DNA from: Mercenaria mercenaria
Lineage: Eukaryota
Length of the DNA: 64,000 nt
NCBI RefSeq assembly: GCF_021730395.1
Contig: NC_069372.1
Span: 64,220,221-64,284,220 of the forward strand
Reading direction: 5' to 3'
Shown: piece by piece, positions 25,701 to 38,454 of the stretch
Layout of the letters: every line of letters begins with the position of its first letter
Position numbering within the stretch: the stretch's first letter is position 1
The notes under the pieces: model-generated
The model's database searches: none
What the model was told of the DNA's origin: nothing
Seen by the model: only the letters and a program-made list of their open reading frames with translations
Program-made: the position numbers and the translations under genes

Positions 25701-27529
25701 GTAAATGGGTAAGCGGGTGTTAATAATCTTACAGGTTAAGCAGTACGAAGTTTTCCGTACATCGGTGATTGCAAAAAAAAATAATAATTAATATGTCTTT
25801 CTCTAAAGGTTGCAACTATTGAATAACATTGTTATTTGTCAAAATGTCAACTAAAATTATCAAATACACGAACCATAACTGTTTTTAATTAATTTGCTAT
25901 CTACAACATGTCTGACATCTGCAAATCAAAGATATGCGCGAAATGTTATAAAATGTCGCATAATATTGATTGGAGTGTTCTAGATGTTTTGACTAAATAT
26001 CATTATACATGACATTGATATTTGTCAAAATTTGATGATATTGAATAAACCCAGTATAACCTCAAAACTTTACAACATGTCATTGATATGAGAATAAATA
26101 TAATGACACACGTCGGTCATTTCATAATTAACAACAAATGCCATCGTATGTGACGCTTACATCATTAATCTTAACTTCAGCGTCTCATTTATTTTGAGAT
26201 ATGATCGCAGGTACTTTGAGTTTTTGTCTCTTAAAAAATGTGGAATTATAATTCAATATGAATAAAGTTTTGTTTTTAATATTGGTTCTAAATTGTATTT
26301 ACGTTTAAACCAAAGCTTTATTATTCTATGAGTTGGTAATCAAATACACGAAACTCAATGTCACTAGATTTCTGACATTGATATTTCGTTTACCGCTGAC
26401 TATAAACTATTACGGTACCTCACCAGACTGGGTCTTCTTAAAACTTTATCACCAGTTTAAACATAACAATTTAGCAAGTTAAATAATGCTTGGGAAGGGG
26501 ACTCCTTAGGAATGGAATTCAAATTGAAATAGAAACTTACAAACGTCCAACTAATTGGTATCCAAGTATTCGCCCTACATGTTTGAATGTTTCCTAAGGG
26601 TTGAGTTCTGTCGTTAAGACATTGATATAATATAATTAATCAGAGCATTTAATAATATTTGATACTAATAGAACTATTAAACGGTTTAAAATCCCGCTGT
26701 GCGAATATTTTGAGGTACTTTGTTTCAAACTGTGCGCATGTGTGTCTGGTTTATTTTTTTACTATTCCTAATAAATAATGATATAAACACGATGTAATCA
26801 GTATCTTCAGGATCGCTTCAACGTTTCTATATTTCCACGCAAATAAAACAGCTTAAAGGTCCTCATTTTCGTAGTTCTTGTTCGCTAAAAGAATGCGTTT
26901 AAAAGCAAGCGTAGCCTGGCTCCCTGGCTGCATGGTTATTTTTTATATAAATACTGGAAACATTTTATAAGAAAATTTTAAGCTTCTAAAATAGAACAAT
27001 TTTATCTGATGGCTGAACCAGACCTATGTTTGGAGCCAGGGGCAATAAAAATGTCAATGTAGAAACAACCTGCTGGAGTTACTTCCCTCTTAATGAAGAA
27101 AACTGATATAAGTAAATAAGAATAAACAGAGGGACGGGAGCCAATCTAAAGCAGTCGGTTAAAATAAGCCAAATATTTATATCAACTTATGCCACCAGCT
27201 AAAATAATGACAGTAAATTATTGAATCTTACCTTGATCAAAAGAAGAAATATTCAACAGATCAAACCCCTGCAATGCGCATACGAATGTAAAATTGGATT
27301 TAAACAGTATTACGTGCGCAAATATCACCATTTACTACCGTTTTTCACAAGTTATCAGATCTATATCTTTAAAAATCGGTGGTTCCACACATGGTGTTCA
27401 AAGGGTTGTATCAATCACATGTTAAGTGGCGATAATTAGATGTCTGCATAGATTCATCTAAAAAGGATTCTGAAGGAAAAGCAGCATGCGAATGCATGAG
27501 GTCATATGCTTAATTATTATCAATTCTCT

Positions 27530-27870
27530 CGGGGATCCGGACAAAACCCCTTGCGGACAAAATCCCCTTTACTCATTTTTGCATAGGCAGACCAAAGAAG
27601 TATACGAAATACATAGCTTTTTGGGCGGACAAAACTCCCTTCGCTGAACTTTACAAGTTTTTGCCCTTTTGAAACTAGGCTGAAGGGGATTTGGTCCTCC
27701 TTGTAAATAAAGCAAAGGAGCTTTTGTCCTCCCTGTAAAAAAAAGTGAAGGGGGTTTTGTCCTCCTTTTAAAATTCAGCAAAGGGGATTTTGTCCTCCTT
27801 GTAAAAAGGATGAAGGGGGTTTTGTCTGCCCATGCAAAAATGTGCGAAGGGGGTTTTGTCCTACACTTAT
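27530..27870. repeat. Short inverted array of ~55-bp units built on gggggttttgtcctcc; the first ~120 bp are in the opposite orientation to the remaining units
   Basis: Seen directly. ORF 27569..27781 is spurious. Confidence 0.7.
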
Positions 27871-28619
27871 TACCTCGAGCTCGCTTTATCTATGTCGGTA
27901 AATAGCTATACATACAATCTGGATATCATTTTTAGCTGATTTTGCAGTTTGTATGTTTGACTGAAAATATTTTTCTTGCATCAAACATGACCCCCACTTT
28001 TCTTTTGATTTTTATTCAGCACTAGATAGATTTATTCGTGAATATATAAATTATGTCATGAATACAAATATTACAAAATATCACATTATAAAACCAACAT
28101 TATTACAAAACGTACATTCAGTTATATCACAGAAACAGCTATGTCTTATATCTCAGAATGATATGAAAGAAAAAATGAACTAGCTCTTTTATATAATAAA
28201 AAAAATTAAATTTTGTGACATATATATCACAGGATAACCCATAAAGTATTTCTACTTATTTCCAATGGGTTCCTTGTGAAAAATTATCAAGGTACAAACT
28301 ATTGGCTGTTTTAAATACAACATTGTTCTAAGAAAGACAACTCTTACTAGCATAAAGTAAAATCTAAATCAAGAGTTACATGTATTTGTCTATCAAAGAA
28401 ATTCCTGATTATTACAAGTATCACAGTTATATTCAATCATGACATACATATCACAGAATAAATCATGAAATATTGCACACATATTGAGAAAATAATATCA
28501 TACAACTAATAAAAGATAAAATCTGATTTTTCAGCACTTTTCATACATTCAATGAGTTCCATTTTGACTGCATTTTTAAAAGTATGCTTGTTTTTTTTAT
28601 GTTATTTGGAAGGCTATTT

Positions 28620-29085
28620 CAGTCATTTATAGCTTGAAAAAAAAAGTAATCGATGTAGAACTGTCAACCTGAGGTACATGAAAGCTGTTAATACTATGTC
28701 TACAATTATAAGAATGTTTCTTAGAGACAAGAGAGATATTGTGCATATATGCTGGACAACTATTATAAAAAATTTTATGAACATGATTGAGCCTTAGTTG
28801 TTTGACTCTGTTTTCAATATTAAGCCATCCAATATTACAAAAATCTGACACTTTCAAAGATCTCTTATAATCATAACCACAGATAAACCTGATAATTTTG
28901 TTTTGAGTCACTTGTAATCTATTTTTCAAATGTTTTGAAATACCACTGTACCAAGATGACACTCCCTGACAGTATTCTTCAAGAAAATGTAAGTTACATA
29001 CATTTAAAATGGGTCCTGATATGTGTTGCAGCCATTCGAAATATGTCAATTTTATATAGAATTCAATCTGACTAAAGTACATCTC
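28620..29085 (-). mobile_element. Non-LTR retrotransposon C-terminal fragment. ORF 28627..29082 shows ...KNRLQVTQNKIIRFI...NIGWLNIENRVKQLRLNHVHKIF...HSINSFHVPQV, which parallels the post-RT region of the 30055 copy.
   Basis: Motif-level similarity only (FIKRN / LNW.TLEQRR / ANSFFPRT counterparts). Probably a related but different LINE family. Confidence 0.55.
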
Positions 29086-29242
29086 CTATTACGCTACGCA
29101 TAGGATCTGACAACGACCTATTGATGGCCTCGTTCTGACAACCCTTCCGCTAGCCAATCAAAAGTTAACTTACAACATTCTGCAAGCTTTAAAATGCCTT
29201 GGTATTTGATATTAACAATTTCTATGTAGAACAATGTCAGAT

Positions 29243-29315
29243 AGCCGTTTAGCTCAGTGGGTAGCGCACTTGCTTTGTAAGCGAGAGGTCCCGGGTTCGA
29301 GCCCTGGATTAAATG
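29243..29315 (+). tRNA. tRNA-Thr(TGT)-like sequence, probably a pseudogene or SINE/MITE-borne. D-arm, anticodon arm (loop TTTGTAA) and T-arm (GGTTCGAGCC) are recognisable, but the acceptor stem (AGCCGTT / ATTAAAT) does not pair.
   Basis: Manual cloverleaf parse. It sits at the centre of an inverted repeat (29050..29080 ttatatagaattcaatctgactaaagtac vs 29470..29500). Confidence 0.4.
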
Positions 29316-29821
29316 CAAATTTTTCTTACTCTTTAACATTCGAACAAGTTGTCTGATTGGTTCAAATAGAAATAGATTTGCGAAAATAAAAATAGCAATC
29401 TTGGAAATCCAAAATATACAGAAGACGAATGTGAATGGGTCGTTCTCAGATCTTCGTTTAGAAGATCAAGTACTTTAGTCAGATTGATATAGAATTAAAA
29501 AGACCGATATTTAGTGTGTTGTAACCTATACTAAAAATAATCTTATGTGTAATATCTAAAAATAGAAAAGCAAGCTTTGTTCCAGCAATATTACCATCGT
29601 ATATAAATAGATTTTCCCAATGTCAAGCTAAAAGACTGAAGCTCATACGGTGGAATTATCATAAAAGGTATTTCTTTACATTATTAAGTTTTAAGATAAT
29701 GTTGAAGACTCTCTCAACTGAGTAAGTAAGCAAATGGTTAATGTAGAATTTTTGAATAGTTGAAGGGTATCTACTTTCTGTTTCAAGCATATGGGTCCGG
29801 CACGTGCTGAGATTGAGAAAA

Positions 29822-29890
29822 TGCTTTAAAGATCCACCCATATATAAACATAAAATATAGATTCTATTTTATGTTTATATATGGGTGGAT
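29822..29890. repeat. Perfect 69-bp palindrome (ccacccatatataaacataaaatatagattctattttatgtttatatatgggtgg) immediately 5' of the truncated LINE
   Basis: Seen directly. Confidence 0.9.
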
Positions 29891-29899
29891 TTTTTTAGA

Positions 29900-31715
29900 T
29901 TTTTGATTTTGATGTTGACAACGCATATTTTTTTTTTCAGTCTCAGCAGTGCCGGACTCTACTGTATAGGATTGAATCTGTTTTTTCCCGTCCACAACCA
30001 CTCAGCCTTAAGCAACTATCGAAAAGTGCAGCCTCCACTCCTACCCACCCGCCTATGTCTCCAATAAGTATAAGTGTCGAAGGTGTAGACAAACTACTTC
30101 TAGGTTTAAACCCGCATAAGGCATCAGGGCCAGATGAAATCTCACCCAGGTTACTTAAAGAACTACATAATGAAATTGCCCCTCTTCTAACAGTCATCTT
30201 CCAGCGGTCACTTGAAACTGGCATTATTCCGAACGACTGGAAACATGCGGTCATAGCACCAGTTTTCAAAAAAGGTCAGAAATCTAAACCCAGTAATTAT
30301 AGGCCCATCTCCCTGACTTGTATAGCATCCAAATTATTAGAGCATATACTAGTCTCCAACATAATGTCATACTTCGACAAGAACAACGTCCTTAGCCCAC
30401 AACAACATGGTTTCAGGTCAAAACATAGTTGTGAGACCCAACTCATAGGTTTTACCCAAGAAATAGCAGATAATCTTGAAAAAGGTCAACAAACTGATGT
30501 AATTATTATGGATTTTAGTAAAGCCTTCGACAAAGTAGATCATCATAAACTGATTCACAAACTCAAATACCTAGGTATTAATAATAAGGTCACCGCATGG
30601 GTTAAGTCATTTCTCAGTAACAGATCTCAGAAAGTCCTTGTTGAGGGTAAAGTCTCTGAAAGGTTACCTGTCCTATCAGGGGTCCCCCAAGGCTCAGTCC
30701 TTGGCCCCTGCCTATTTCTCGCCTACATAAATGACTTGCCCAATAGTATCAAAAGTCGAGCCCGTCTCTTTGCTGATGACACCATTGTCTACCTTACCAT
30801 CAAATCTAAATCCTCTGCAGAAAGCTTACAGCAAGACCTCTACTGTTTAGAAAAATGGGAAAAAGAATGGTCAATGGAATTTAATCCCGATAAATGTGAA
30901 GTTCTTAGAATATATCGTAAAAGAAATCCTGTTATATATCCTTACACCCTACATAATGTCCAACTTCAGTCCACTGACCATGCAAAATATCTTGGTGTTA
31001 CCCTAAATAATAACTTGACCTGGTCAAATCACATAAATAACATAACATCCAAGGCCAGTAATACCCTTCGCTTCATCAAAAGGAATGTAAAGACTACCAA
31101 CAGACAGGTTAAAGAAATGGCCTACAAAACCTATGTCCGCCCCCAGGTCGAGTACTGTTCCACGGTCTGGCACCCCTGGCAAAAATATCTAACTCATAAA
31201 GTAGAAAGGGTACAAAGATCTGCAGCCCGCTATGTTTTTAATGACTACCAGTATACCAGTAGCGTCTCAGATATGTTATCTGAACTAAATTGGAAGACCC
31301 TAGAACAAAGAAGAAATCATTCCTCCCTGGTTATTTTCTATAAGATAAGAAATGAATTAGTGGCTGTGGACCATCATCATCTCACACAGACACGAAATTT
31401 AAATTACTTAATTCCCCAGTCCAAAACGTCGTACCATGCAAATTCCTTTTTCCCCAGGACTATCAGACTATGGAACAGTTTACCAACATATATCCAGTCC
31501 AGTCCCAATTTGCAGACATTTGTCAGCGGGCTGGACTCGCAGTCTCTCTAAATACTATAATCCGCTGATTTTAAACTGTATACTTTGGGTCTTTTATCTT
31601 TTTAATTTTGCACATAACATTTTTACTAAAACACTGTTTCCTGACAGCGCCTGCCAGTCATAATCGCTAGACGATTGTTCGGCAGTAGATAGTTGAAGTT
31701 GAAGTTGAAGTTGAA
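29900..31715 (+). mobile_element. 5'-truncated non-LTR retrotransposon (CR1/L2-like by domain layout: RT + C-terminal extension, no endonuclease) with a (GTTGAA)4 3' tail at 31690..31715
   Basis: A long ORF with RT motifs. A microsatellite 3' terminus is typical of CR1/L2-type LINEs. The clade assignment is an inference. Confidence 0.75.
30055..31551 (+). CDS. Reverse transcriptase ORF (498 aa) of the LINE copy. Motifs NYRPISL, FDKVDH, SGVPQGSVLGP, LFADD, plus a C-terminal YKTYVRPQVEYCSTVW...FFPRTIRLWNSLP domain
   Basis: ORF track plus motif reading. There is no upstream endonuclease domain, so this is an incomplete element. Confidence 0.85.
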   Translation: MSPISISVEGVDKLLLGLNPHKASGPDEISPRLLKELHNEIAPLLTVIFQRSLETGIIPNDWKHAVIAPVFKKGQKSKPSNYRPISLTCIASKLLEHILVSNIMSYFDKNNVLSPQQHGFRSKHSCETQLIGFTQEIADNLEKGQQTDVIIMDFSKAFDKVDHHKLIHKLKYLGINNKVTAWVKSFLSNRSQKVLVEGKVSERLPVLSGVPQGSVLGPCLFLAYINDLPNSIKSRARLFADDTIVYLTIKSKSSAESLQQDLYCLEKWEKEWSMEFNPDKCEVLRIYRKRNPVIYPYTLHNVQLQSTDHAKYLGVTLNNNLTWSNHINNITSKASNTLRFIKRNVKTTNRQVKEMAYKTYVRPQVEYCSTVWHPWQKYLTHKVERVQRSAARYVFNDYQYTSSVSDMLSELNWKTLEQRRNHSSLVIFYKIRNELVAVDHHHLTQTRNLNYLIPQSKTSYHANSFFPRTIRLWNSLPTYIQSSPNLQTFVSGLDSQSL

Positions 31716-31872
31716 CAGCTGGCAACACTAGTCTATAAAAAAAGACCTCTACATATAGGTGAAGGGGGTGTTTTTGGATCCTCTCTATACATAGAGGAAG
31801 TCTTTCTTTATGTTGGCTAGCTTATGGATAGAATTTCAGGTTCCTGAATCCTATGAATTTTATATTCATTAT

Positions 31873-31978
31873 CTGAATAGGTACACAGGGGTTCGGCTCA
31901 TGCCTAGGTCCAGGCCCTACCCCTATAAAAAAACACATTAGGGTAGGGCCTGGACATAGGCATGAGCCAAACCCCTAT
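31873..31978. repeat. Near-perfect ~105-bp palindrome (cacaggggttcggctcatgcctaggtccaggccctacccctataaaaaaacacattagggtagggcctggacataggcatgagccaaacccctatg)
   Basis: Seen directly. It lies ~160 bp 3' of the LINE tail. Confidence 0.9.
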
Positions 31979-32339
31979 GAATAAGTATGGAGACTGAATT
32001 AAAAGATAGATCTAGTCTATATTGAATTTATTATAATTTAGGGGGAATTTTGTTTAAAGAAAGACTTCTGGAGTCTTAAGTGATAGAAATTCAGACTCCT
32101 GTGCTTATATTAACAGATTATCTGTTTTATTTATGACGTTAACTATAGATCTTATACTGATCCAGGATATCAATTATCATTATAGTATAAGTGTCTCATT
32201 GTTCATAAAAACACCATCACCATGATATTTTATAGAGGAGAGCAAATTTTTCACCCTTGCCTGGCTTTTATATTAAGCCTTTAAGGGATTTTACATTTTT
32301 TTCCATTAATGTATGACTCACTGGATTCAGCCAAGATTA

Positions 32340-32860
32340 TTCACACATCCTTGGCTCAGTCGCCAACTTGAGCATCATTGGCCCGGGCCAGGCACCGGGG
32401 GCTCACTCAGGCATCAGTAGCCTTGGCACTTGGGGGTATCTGTGGCTCAGGCACCCTGGCTCACTGAAGCATTGGTGACTCATGCACCCGGGCTCACTCA
32501 GTCATTGGTGGCTCAATCACCCAGGCTCTCTTGGGCATAGGTGACTCTCACTCTGGCATTGGCATCTGGGGTCACTTGGGCGTCAGTGGCCAAGGCACCT
32601 AGGGTTCACTCAGCAAATACGGCCCAGACACCCAGGTTTACTCAGGCATCAGTGGCCTAGGCACCCAGGCTCACTCGGGCATCGTTAGCTCAGGCACCTG
32701 GGCTAACTCTGGAATCTGTGGCCCAGGCACCAGGACTGACTCGGACATTGATCAGGCATCCAGACTCACTCAGACATTGGTGGCTCAGACAGCCTGGCTC
32801 ACTCAAGCAATGGTAATTTGGGTACCTGGGCTCACTGAGGCATGGATAGCTCAACCACGA
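32340..32860. repeat. Minisatellite, ~42-bp unit (ggctcactcaggcatcagtggcctaggcacccag), ~12 units
   Basis: Direct periodicity. ORF 32690..32872 is spurious. Confidence 0.9.
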
Positions 32861-33769
32861 TAAAGCAAACAAATTCTAAAACTTGCTTATATCAATTTAA
32901 TCGTGAGAATATTTGCTCAGTATCAATAATATGTGATTGACTGTATGAAATCATATTATTGAGTAAATCTCTTCTAAAACCTTTAATAGCTTTAAATCTA
33001 TGATTTAGCAAAACCTGTCATAAATATATAATAAATTATACGCATGTGAAAGAGTCACTGATTAATTAAAGGTAAAATATTTTTAATGGCTGTGTATTGG
33101 TTTGTATAAATATGACATTTTGATGTATACCTAGAATATTAATGTACATTTAATATCATGTACACAGTTATTAACAACAGCTGCAGTCAGCTGCTATTTT
33201 ACAATATACATGTAGTATGGCAACTATACATATACTTTGTAAACAGTTTTAATTATTATTGATTTATCAGTGGGAGTATTTTGCTTAAATGTTGATATTG
33301 ATTAATATAGTGTGACATTCCTGTTAATCGATATTGACACAGCAACTGTATCTTTGTTGTAAATCAATGAGATATTTCAGTACATTTTACAATACCAGTA
33401 TTTTTAATACTGGGACGGGGAGTTATTTCACAATATATGTGAAATAATTTCCTAAAATTTATTTCACTTCCTTTTCAAGGAAAATCAGTAGCAGGCAAGA
33501 TTACTCAGAGTTTTCCCCAAATTTAATGTCCTTTATACTTTAAAGTTTTAATTATGTAAAGCCTTTTATGCCAAATTTTAAACAGAATTCACAATAAAGG
33601 ATACAAGACTGGATTTAAACTGGCGACATTAAGAAATCCTTCATAGTGTACGTATCGTAGAATAATAGACATGAATAGTAGTAAAAATTTTCGAAAAGTA
33701 CTTTTGGACAAAACAGGACATTAAAAGAAGGAGACTTAATATACCAACACAAAAAGAAGTTTTGGGGGT

Positions 33770-34200
33770 ATATAGGAGTGAACTTGTTGGTTGGTCCGTC
33801 TGTCTGTCAGTCCGTTGGTTTTCATGGTTTCCGGACAATAACTCCTGAAAGGCTCGACAGGTTTAAATAATTTTTGGTACACATATGTAACATTACAAAA
33901 CACAAGTCAAGTTTGACTTTGAGGTCAGTAGGTCAAAGGTCAAGGTCACAGTTACCCGGAACAGTTAAATGGTTTCTAGATGATAACTTGAGAACACTTG
34001 GGCTAAGGATCATATATTTTTGTACACAGGTGTAACATTATAAAATACAGGTCATGTTCGACTTTGAGGTCAGTAGGTCAAAGGTTAAGGTCACTGTGAC
34101 CTGGAACAATAAAACTTTTTCCGGACAATAACTTGAGAACGCTTGAGCCTAGCATCACGAAACTTAATAGGGAGGTTGATCATGACCAGCAGATGACACC
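33770..34200. repeat. Array B', the inverted-orientation copy of array B (aggtcaaggtcacagttacccggaacag...tagggaggttgatcatgaccagcagatgacacc), preceded by tccgtctgtctgtcagtccgttgg
   Basis: Reverse-complement match to 13600..14220. Confidence 0.8.
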
Positions 34201-34959
34201 TATGAGGTTCAACTTTGACATTGGCTTACTTCTGTGACAAGGCCATATTGTGGGGGCTATAATTCATCACTCCTCAGTCCTGTGACAGATCTAGTTTCTG
34301 TAAAACAAGACTGGCCTTGGGTACCTCCAAACAGTTCTACAGTCTTCAGTTTAAAGGGTTCGCTATCGTGTTTTACATTCACTACAGTACATATCAATAT
34401 ATTTTGGTCCATACCAGAACATTTTTCAGGTTTAAGTCAACAGAACTTGTTTTCACTTTAGCTGGAATATAGTCTCCATTTTCTGCAAGTTTGTTCAGGG
34501 TGAACTTATCATATATTTAATGGTTCGTCAGGGATCCATCATCCTGCGTTAACATTTTTACTTAAACATCTTCTCTGAAACTAGTGGTCAGAATGATACT
34601 GAGCTTAGTCTATAGAAACGTGGCATATAACTCTCCCAGCTTTGTTTAAAATGGTTCTGATTGACAGGACTTTGTTCAAATGTTCTGGTTTCGTCTCTTT
34701 TTGAGGCTTCAAAAGCTAAATATAGAAAAAGATCTTTTAAACAACTTCCTCTCATGGACCTCTTGATGGGTTTTCAACAAACTTAGTCTGTAGCATCCTT
34801 TTATGGGCCTCTCTCAATTATTTTTCAAATGGTTCCTCTTGAACCATTTTAGGGGGCCACCAAAGTTAAAACAAATAAATTAAACAACTTCTCAAGAACC
34901 TGTGACTTGATGGATCTTTTCCAGGCTTGGTCTTTAGCATCCTTGTATGGATTTGTATT

Positions 34960-36171
34960 ACCGGCTGCCAGAGCAAAAAATATTTATACATTGTATTGTG
35001 CCTTTTTATACGCCCGTTTGAAAAATGGGTCGTATTATGGGAACGCCCCTGGCGGGCGGATGGGCGGGCGGGCGGGCGGGCGGGCGGCGTCCACAGACCT
35101 TGTCCGGAGCATATCTTCTACATGCATGGAGGGATTTTGAAGAAACTTGGCACAGTTGTTCACCATCATGAGACGGAGTGTCATGCGCAAGAACCAGGTC
35201 CCTAGGTCTAAGGTCAAGGTCACACTTAGAGGTCAAAGGTCAAATTCAAGAATGGCTTTGTCCGGAGCATATCTTCTTCATGCATGGAGGGATTTTGATG
35301 AAAGTTGGCACAATTGTTCATCATCATGAGACGGAGTGTCATGCGCAAAAGCCAGGTCCCTAGGTCTAAGGTCAAGGTCACACTTAGAGGTCAAAGGAAA
35401 CAAGAATGAAAAATTCAAGAAAGACTTTGTCCGGAGCATATCTTCTTCATGCATGGAATGATTTTGATGTAGCTTGGCACAGTTGTTTACCATAATGAGA
35501 GGGAGTGTCATGCGCAAGAACCATGTCCCTAGGTCTAAGGTCAAGGTCACACTTAGAGGTCAAAGGATACAAGAATGAAAACTTTGTCCGGAGCATATCT
35601 TCTTCATGCATGAAAGGACATTGATGTAGCTTGGCAAAATTGTTCACCATCATGAGACGGAGTGTCTTGCGCAAGAACCAGGTCCCTAGGGGTAAGGTCA
35701 AGGTCACACTTAGAGGTCAAGGATACAAGAATGAAAACTTTGTCCGGAGCATTTCTTCTTCATGCATTGAGGGATTTTGATACAACTTGGCACAAATGTT
35801 CACAAGCATGAGACGGAGTGTCATGCGCAAGAACCAGGTCCCTCGGTCTAAGGTCAAGGTCACACTTAAAGGTCAAAGGTCAGATACAAGAATGACTTTG
35901 TCCGGAGCATTTCTTCTTCATGCATGGAGGGATTTTGATGTAACTTGGCACAATTGCACACCATCATGAGATGGAGTGTCATGCACTAGTCCCTTCTTTT
36001 GAATTACTTCCCTTTGCTGTTACTATAAATAGCTTATATTGTAACTTTTTCATTACAAGTTGTAGGGAAAAATCGAGACCACTTTTCTGTAGTACAACAT
36101 GCATGTTACGTCCAATTCTGAATTGTATTTTGAGCTATCTCTACCTGGTAAGGATTTTTGTATGGACTTGT

Positions 36172-36204
<33 letters not shown>

Positions 36205-36390
36205 CTCTCTCTCTTTAAAGATTAACTTCCCTTAGTTGTGTCTATAAATAACTTACATTGTAACTTTTTTATAATTGACCCTACTGAAAAACCAAGACCA
36301 CTTTTCTGTGGTACAACATTGATGTTACTTTCAAATTTTGGGTGTATTTTAAGGTATCTCTACCTGGTAAGGATTTTTTTTGTGGACTTA
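34960..36390. mobile_element. Composite repeat block A' (inverted relative to block A): (GGGC)n at 35050..35090, ~7 units of the ~120-bp satellite (ccggagcatatcttcttcatgcatggagggattttgatg...ggtcaaggtcacacttagaggtcaaagg) at 35090..35960, terminal module at 35960..36380 with T(38)(CT)n
   Basis: Unit sequences are the reverse complement of 10040..10440, and the terminal module is the reverse complement of 9690..10040. ORFs 9816..10061(-) and 35971..36225(+) give similar peptides for this reason. Confidence 0.8.
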
Positions 36391-37777
36391 GAAAAATAAA
36401 AGAATTTCAATAATTTCTAAAAAAAAACATTGTTAACAACTAGAAAATTAAAATTCCATTTGCAAATACAGGTGCTAGTGTAAAGAAATTTGCTGTGACG
36501 GGCGTATATTGTGACATTCTGGCACTCTTGTTCATGATAAACAGTTCAAACAATTGTTTTTGAAATAACACAGATGTTCACTGTTGTTTTTGTTATAAAG
36601 AAGTTGATGTAAAAACATAAATAGAACACAGTGATCTTGAACTTTTTGGAAATGTTAAATTGTGAAATGGTGGGAAAATTCTGTCATTGAACTTCATCTT
36701 AGATAGGAAGAAAAGTAGAAAATCTTTCTTAGTCCTGCTATATTTCATTGCTGTTCTTGATATATTCTTTTGTTTATAATTTACTAACTGTGAAAAGTTG
36801 AAAACATCTGTGACAAAACACACTTGGGACAAGAAAGTGATTGTTTCAAAAAAATTCATACAGTAGTACTTTAAGTATCAACAAGTCATGATATTGTACA
36901 AAGTATTTCAATGTTGTTATTATTTCTTGTCCTTTAGAATCATTGTGTTCATTCAATGCACTTTCATTTATAATAGAGTTCTGCTTGAGCAGGTGCTTGG
37001 TCTACGGGGCACATGAACAGACTGACGGTCAAACTGATTTTTTTTTTTTTGGCTTGCTTCCTGTGCTTCCAAAGGTTCTTTGTATCGATTTATTTGATAT
37101 CAGCATGGCTCAGAAATAAAAACAAATAAATTTACTAGATCCTAGTAATTACCAAACTTTTTCTTATTTGAGATAATGATAATTGATCCGGTTTCAGTTA
37201 CATATTCTCTAACAATGGAAAAGGTTTAATTTGCAGTTCACCTATTGTGCAATATGTTGTGCCTACATGATCGTTATTATAGTAAACAGAAATATTATAT
37301 TTTGATCAATTGCCAAGAAAACAAGAACGAAATGACTTGTTACCAGATATAGAATTTTTCAAAAATGACGCAAGATATTATCTGCCAGCTTTATTTTGTA
37401 AAAGGCAATTACTTTCTGTTTACAAGGTGTAATGTTATTTATTTTTGTGTGGACTGCACTCTTAGAAAATATTTTGAAAAAATAATGGATTTAAAGTTAT
37501 GCCTTAACTTTACTACAGTTTTTTTGCTGATGTTTTTTGCTTAAATAAAATAATGATTAATTATAAATGCTTTAATTACTAATTTTATTAAAAATATTGA
37601 GACTTATTCATGGCTTCTCTAGGCGGGATCTGATTTAATTAAGGCTTGAATAAGCAACATCTTGGTTTAAATTAATGGCTAACACCTCTATATCTTTTAG
37701 TTTCTAGTATTTAGATATTGATTAGTTAATATTTCTACTTTCAGTTTCTCTAGACAAGAAGTAATTTGCCGGCAACA

Positions 37778-38033
37778 ATGAAAGTTCAGTTAGAGGTATT
37801 ACTTTCTCAGCTCGGGAACCCAGGGCGTTACCAGGTCTTCATATTTCTGCTCCTGTGCCTGAACTACTTTCCATTAGTGTTTAACCATGTCATCATGGCC
37901 TTTTTCGGATCCAGACCAAAACATCAGTGTTACTCAAGTGCTTATTTGCCTGGTACCGTGCAGGATAGTGTAACAGACTTCAGCATGATACAGATGAATT
38001 ACACTTCACTCGGAAACAATGCTACAGTTACTG
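37778..38033 (+). CDS. SLC22-family organic cation/anion transporter, exon 1 (MKVQLEVLLSQLGNPGRYQVFIFLLLCLNYFPLVFNHVIMAFFGSRPKHQCYSS...TVTG)
   Basis: N-terminal GxxGRYQ motif and TM1 typical of SLC22. Donor ctg|gtaagt. The track ORF 37766 starts at TTG; ATG is at 37778. Confidence 0.8.
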
Positions 38034-38454
38034 GTAAGTGGTTAAAGGTCACTAACTTAAATCCTAGTGTGACATTTCAGAGACAGTTAATCACTTATCC
38101 TACAGCAGTTTATCACTTGCACTAGTTTATGACTACCTACACCAGCAGTTCTGCTGATTGATGAAAACTGAGAAAGAAAACATGGGACTGAATTCTTACT
38201 GAACTTAGTAAGTCAGCGCTGATCTGCATAAAATTCTAATATGCATATCTTACTTTTTCAGCTCTTCAAACCCCTAAATATAAAGTAAATGAATTAAGTG
38301 TAAACTTGTTTTATTTTCTGCTTAAAATTATTATTGCAGTAAAAATGTCATTAAAGTGCCTATCCTTCATAATTAGGACTTTTCATTCATACTTCCCCTA
38401 ACAACAGGCCTCAGAAAAATTATGGTAAGAACTGATTGCTTGATTTTTTTCAGG

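Noticed and set aside
29243-29315. Functional tRNA-Thr gene
   Set aside because: The acceptor stem cannot pair (AGCCGTT vs ATTAAAT) and the D-stem has a mismatch. It is embedded in an inverted-repeat module. Kept only as tRNA-like.
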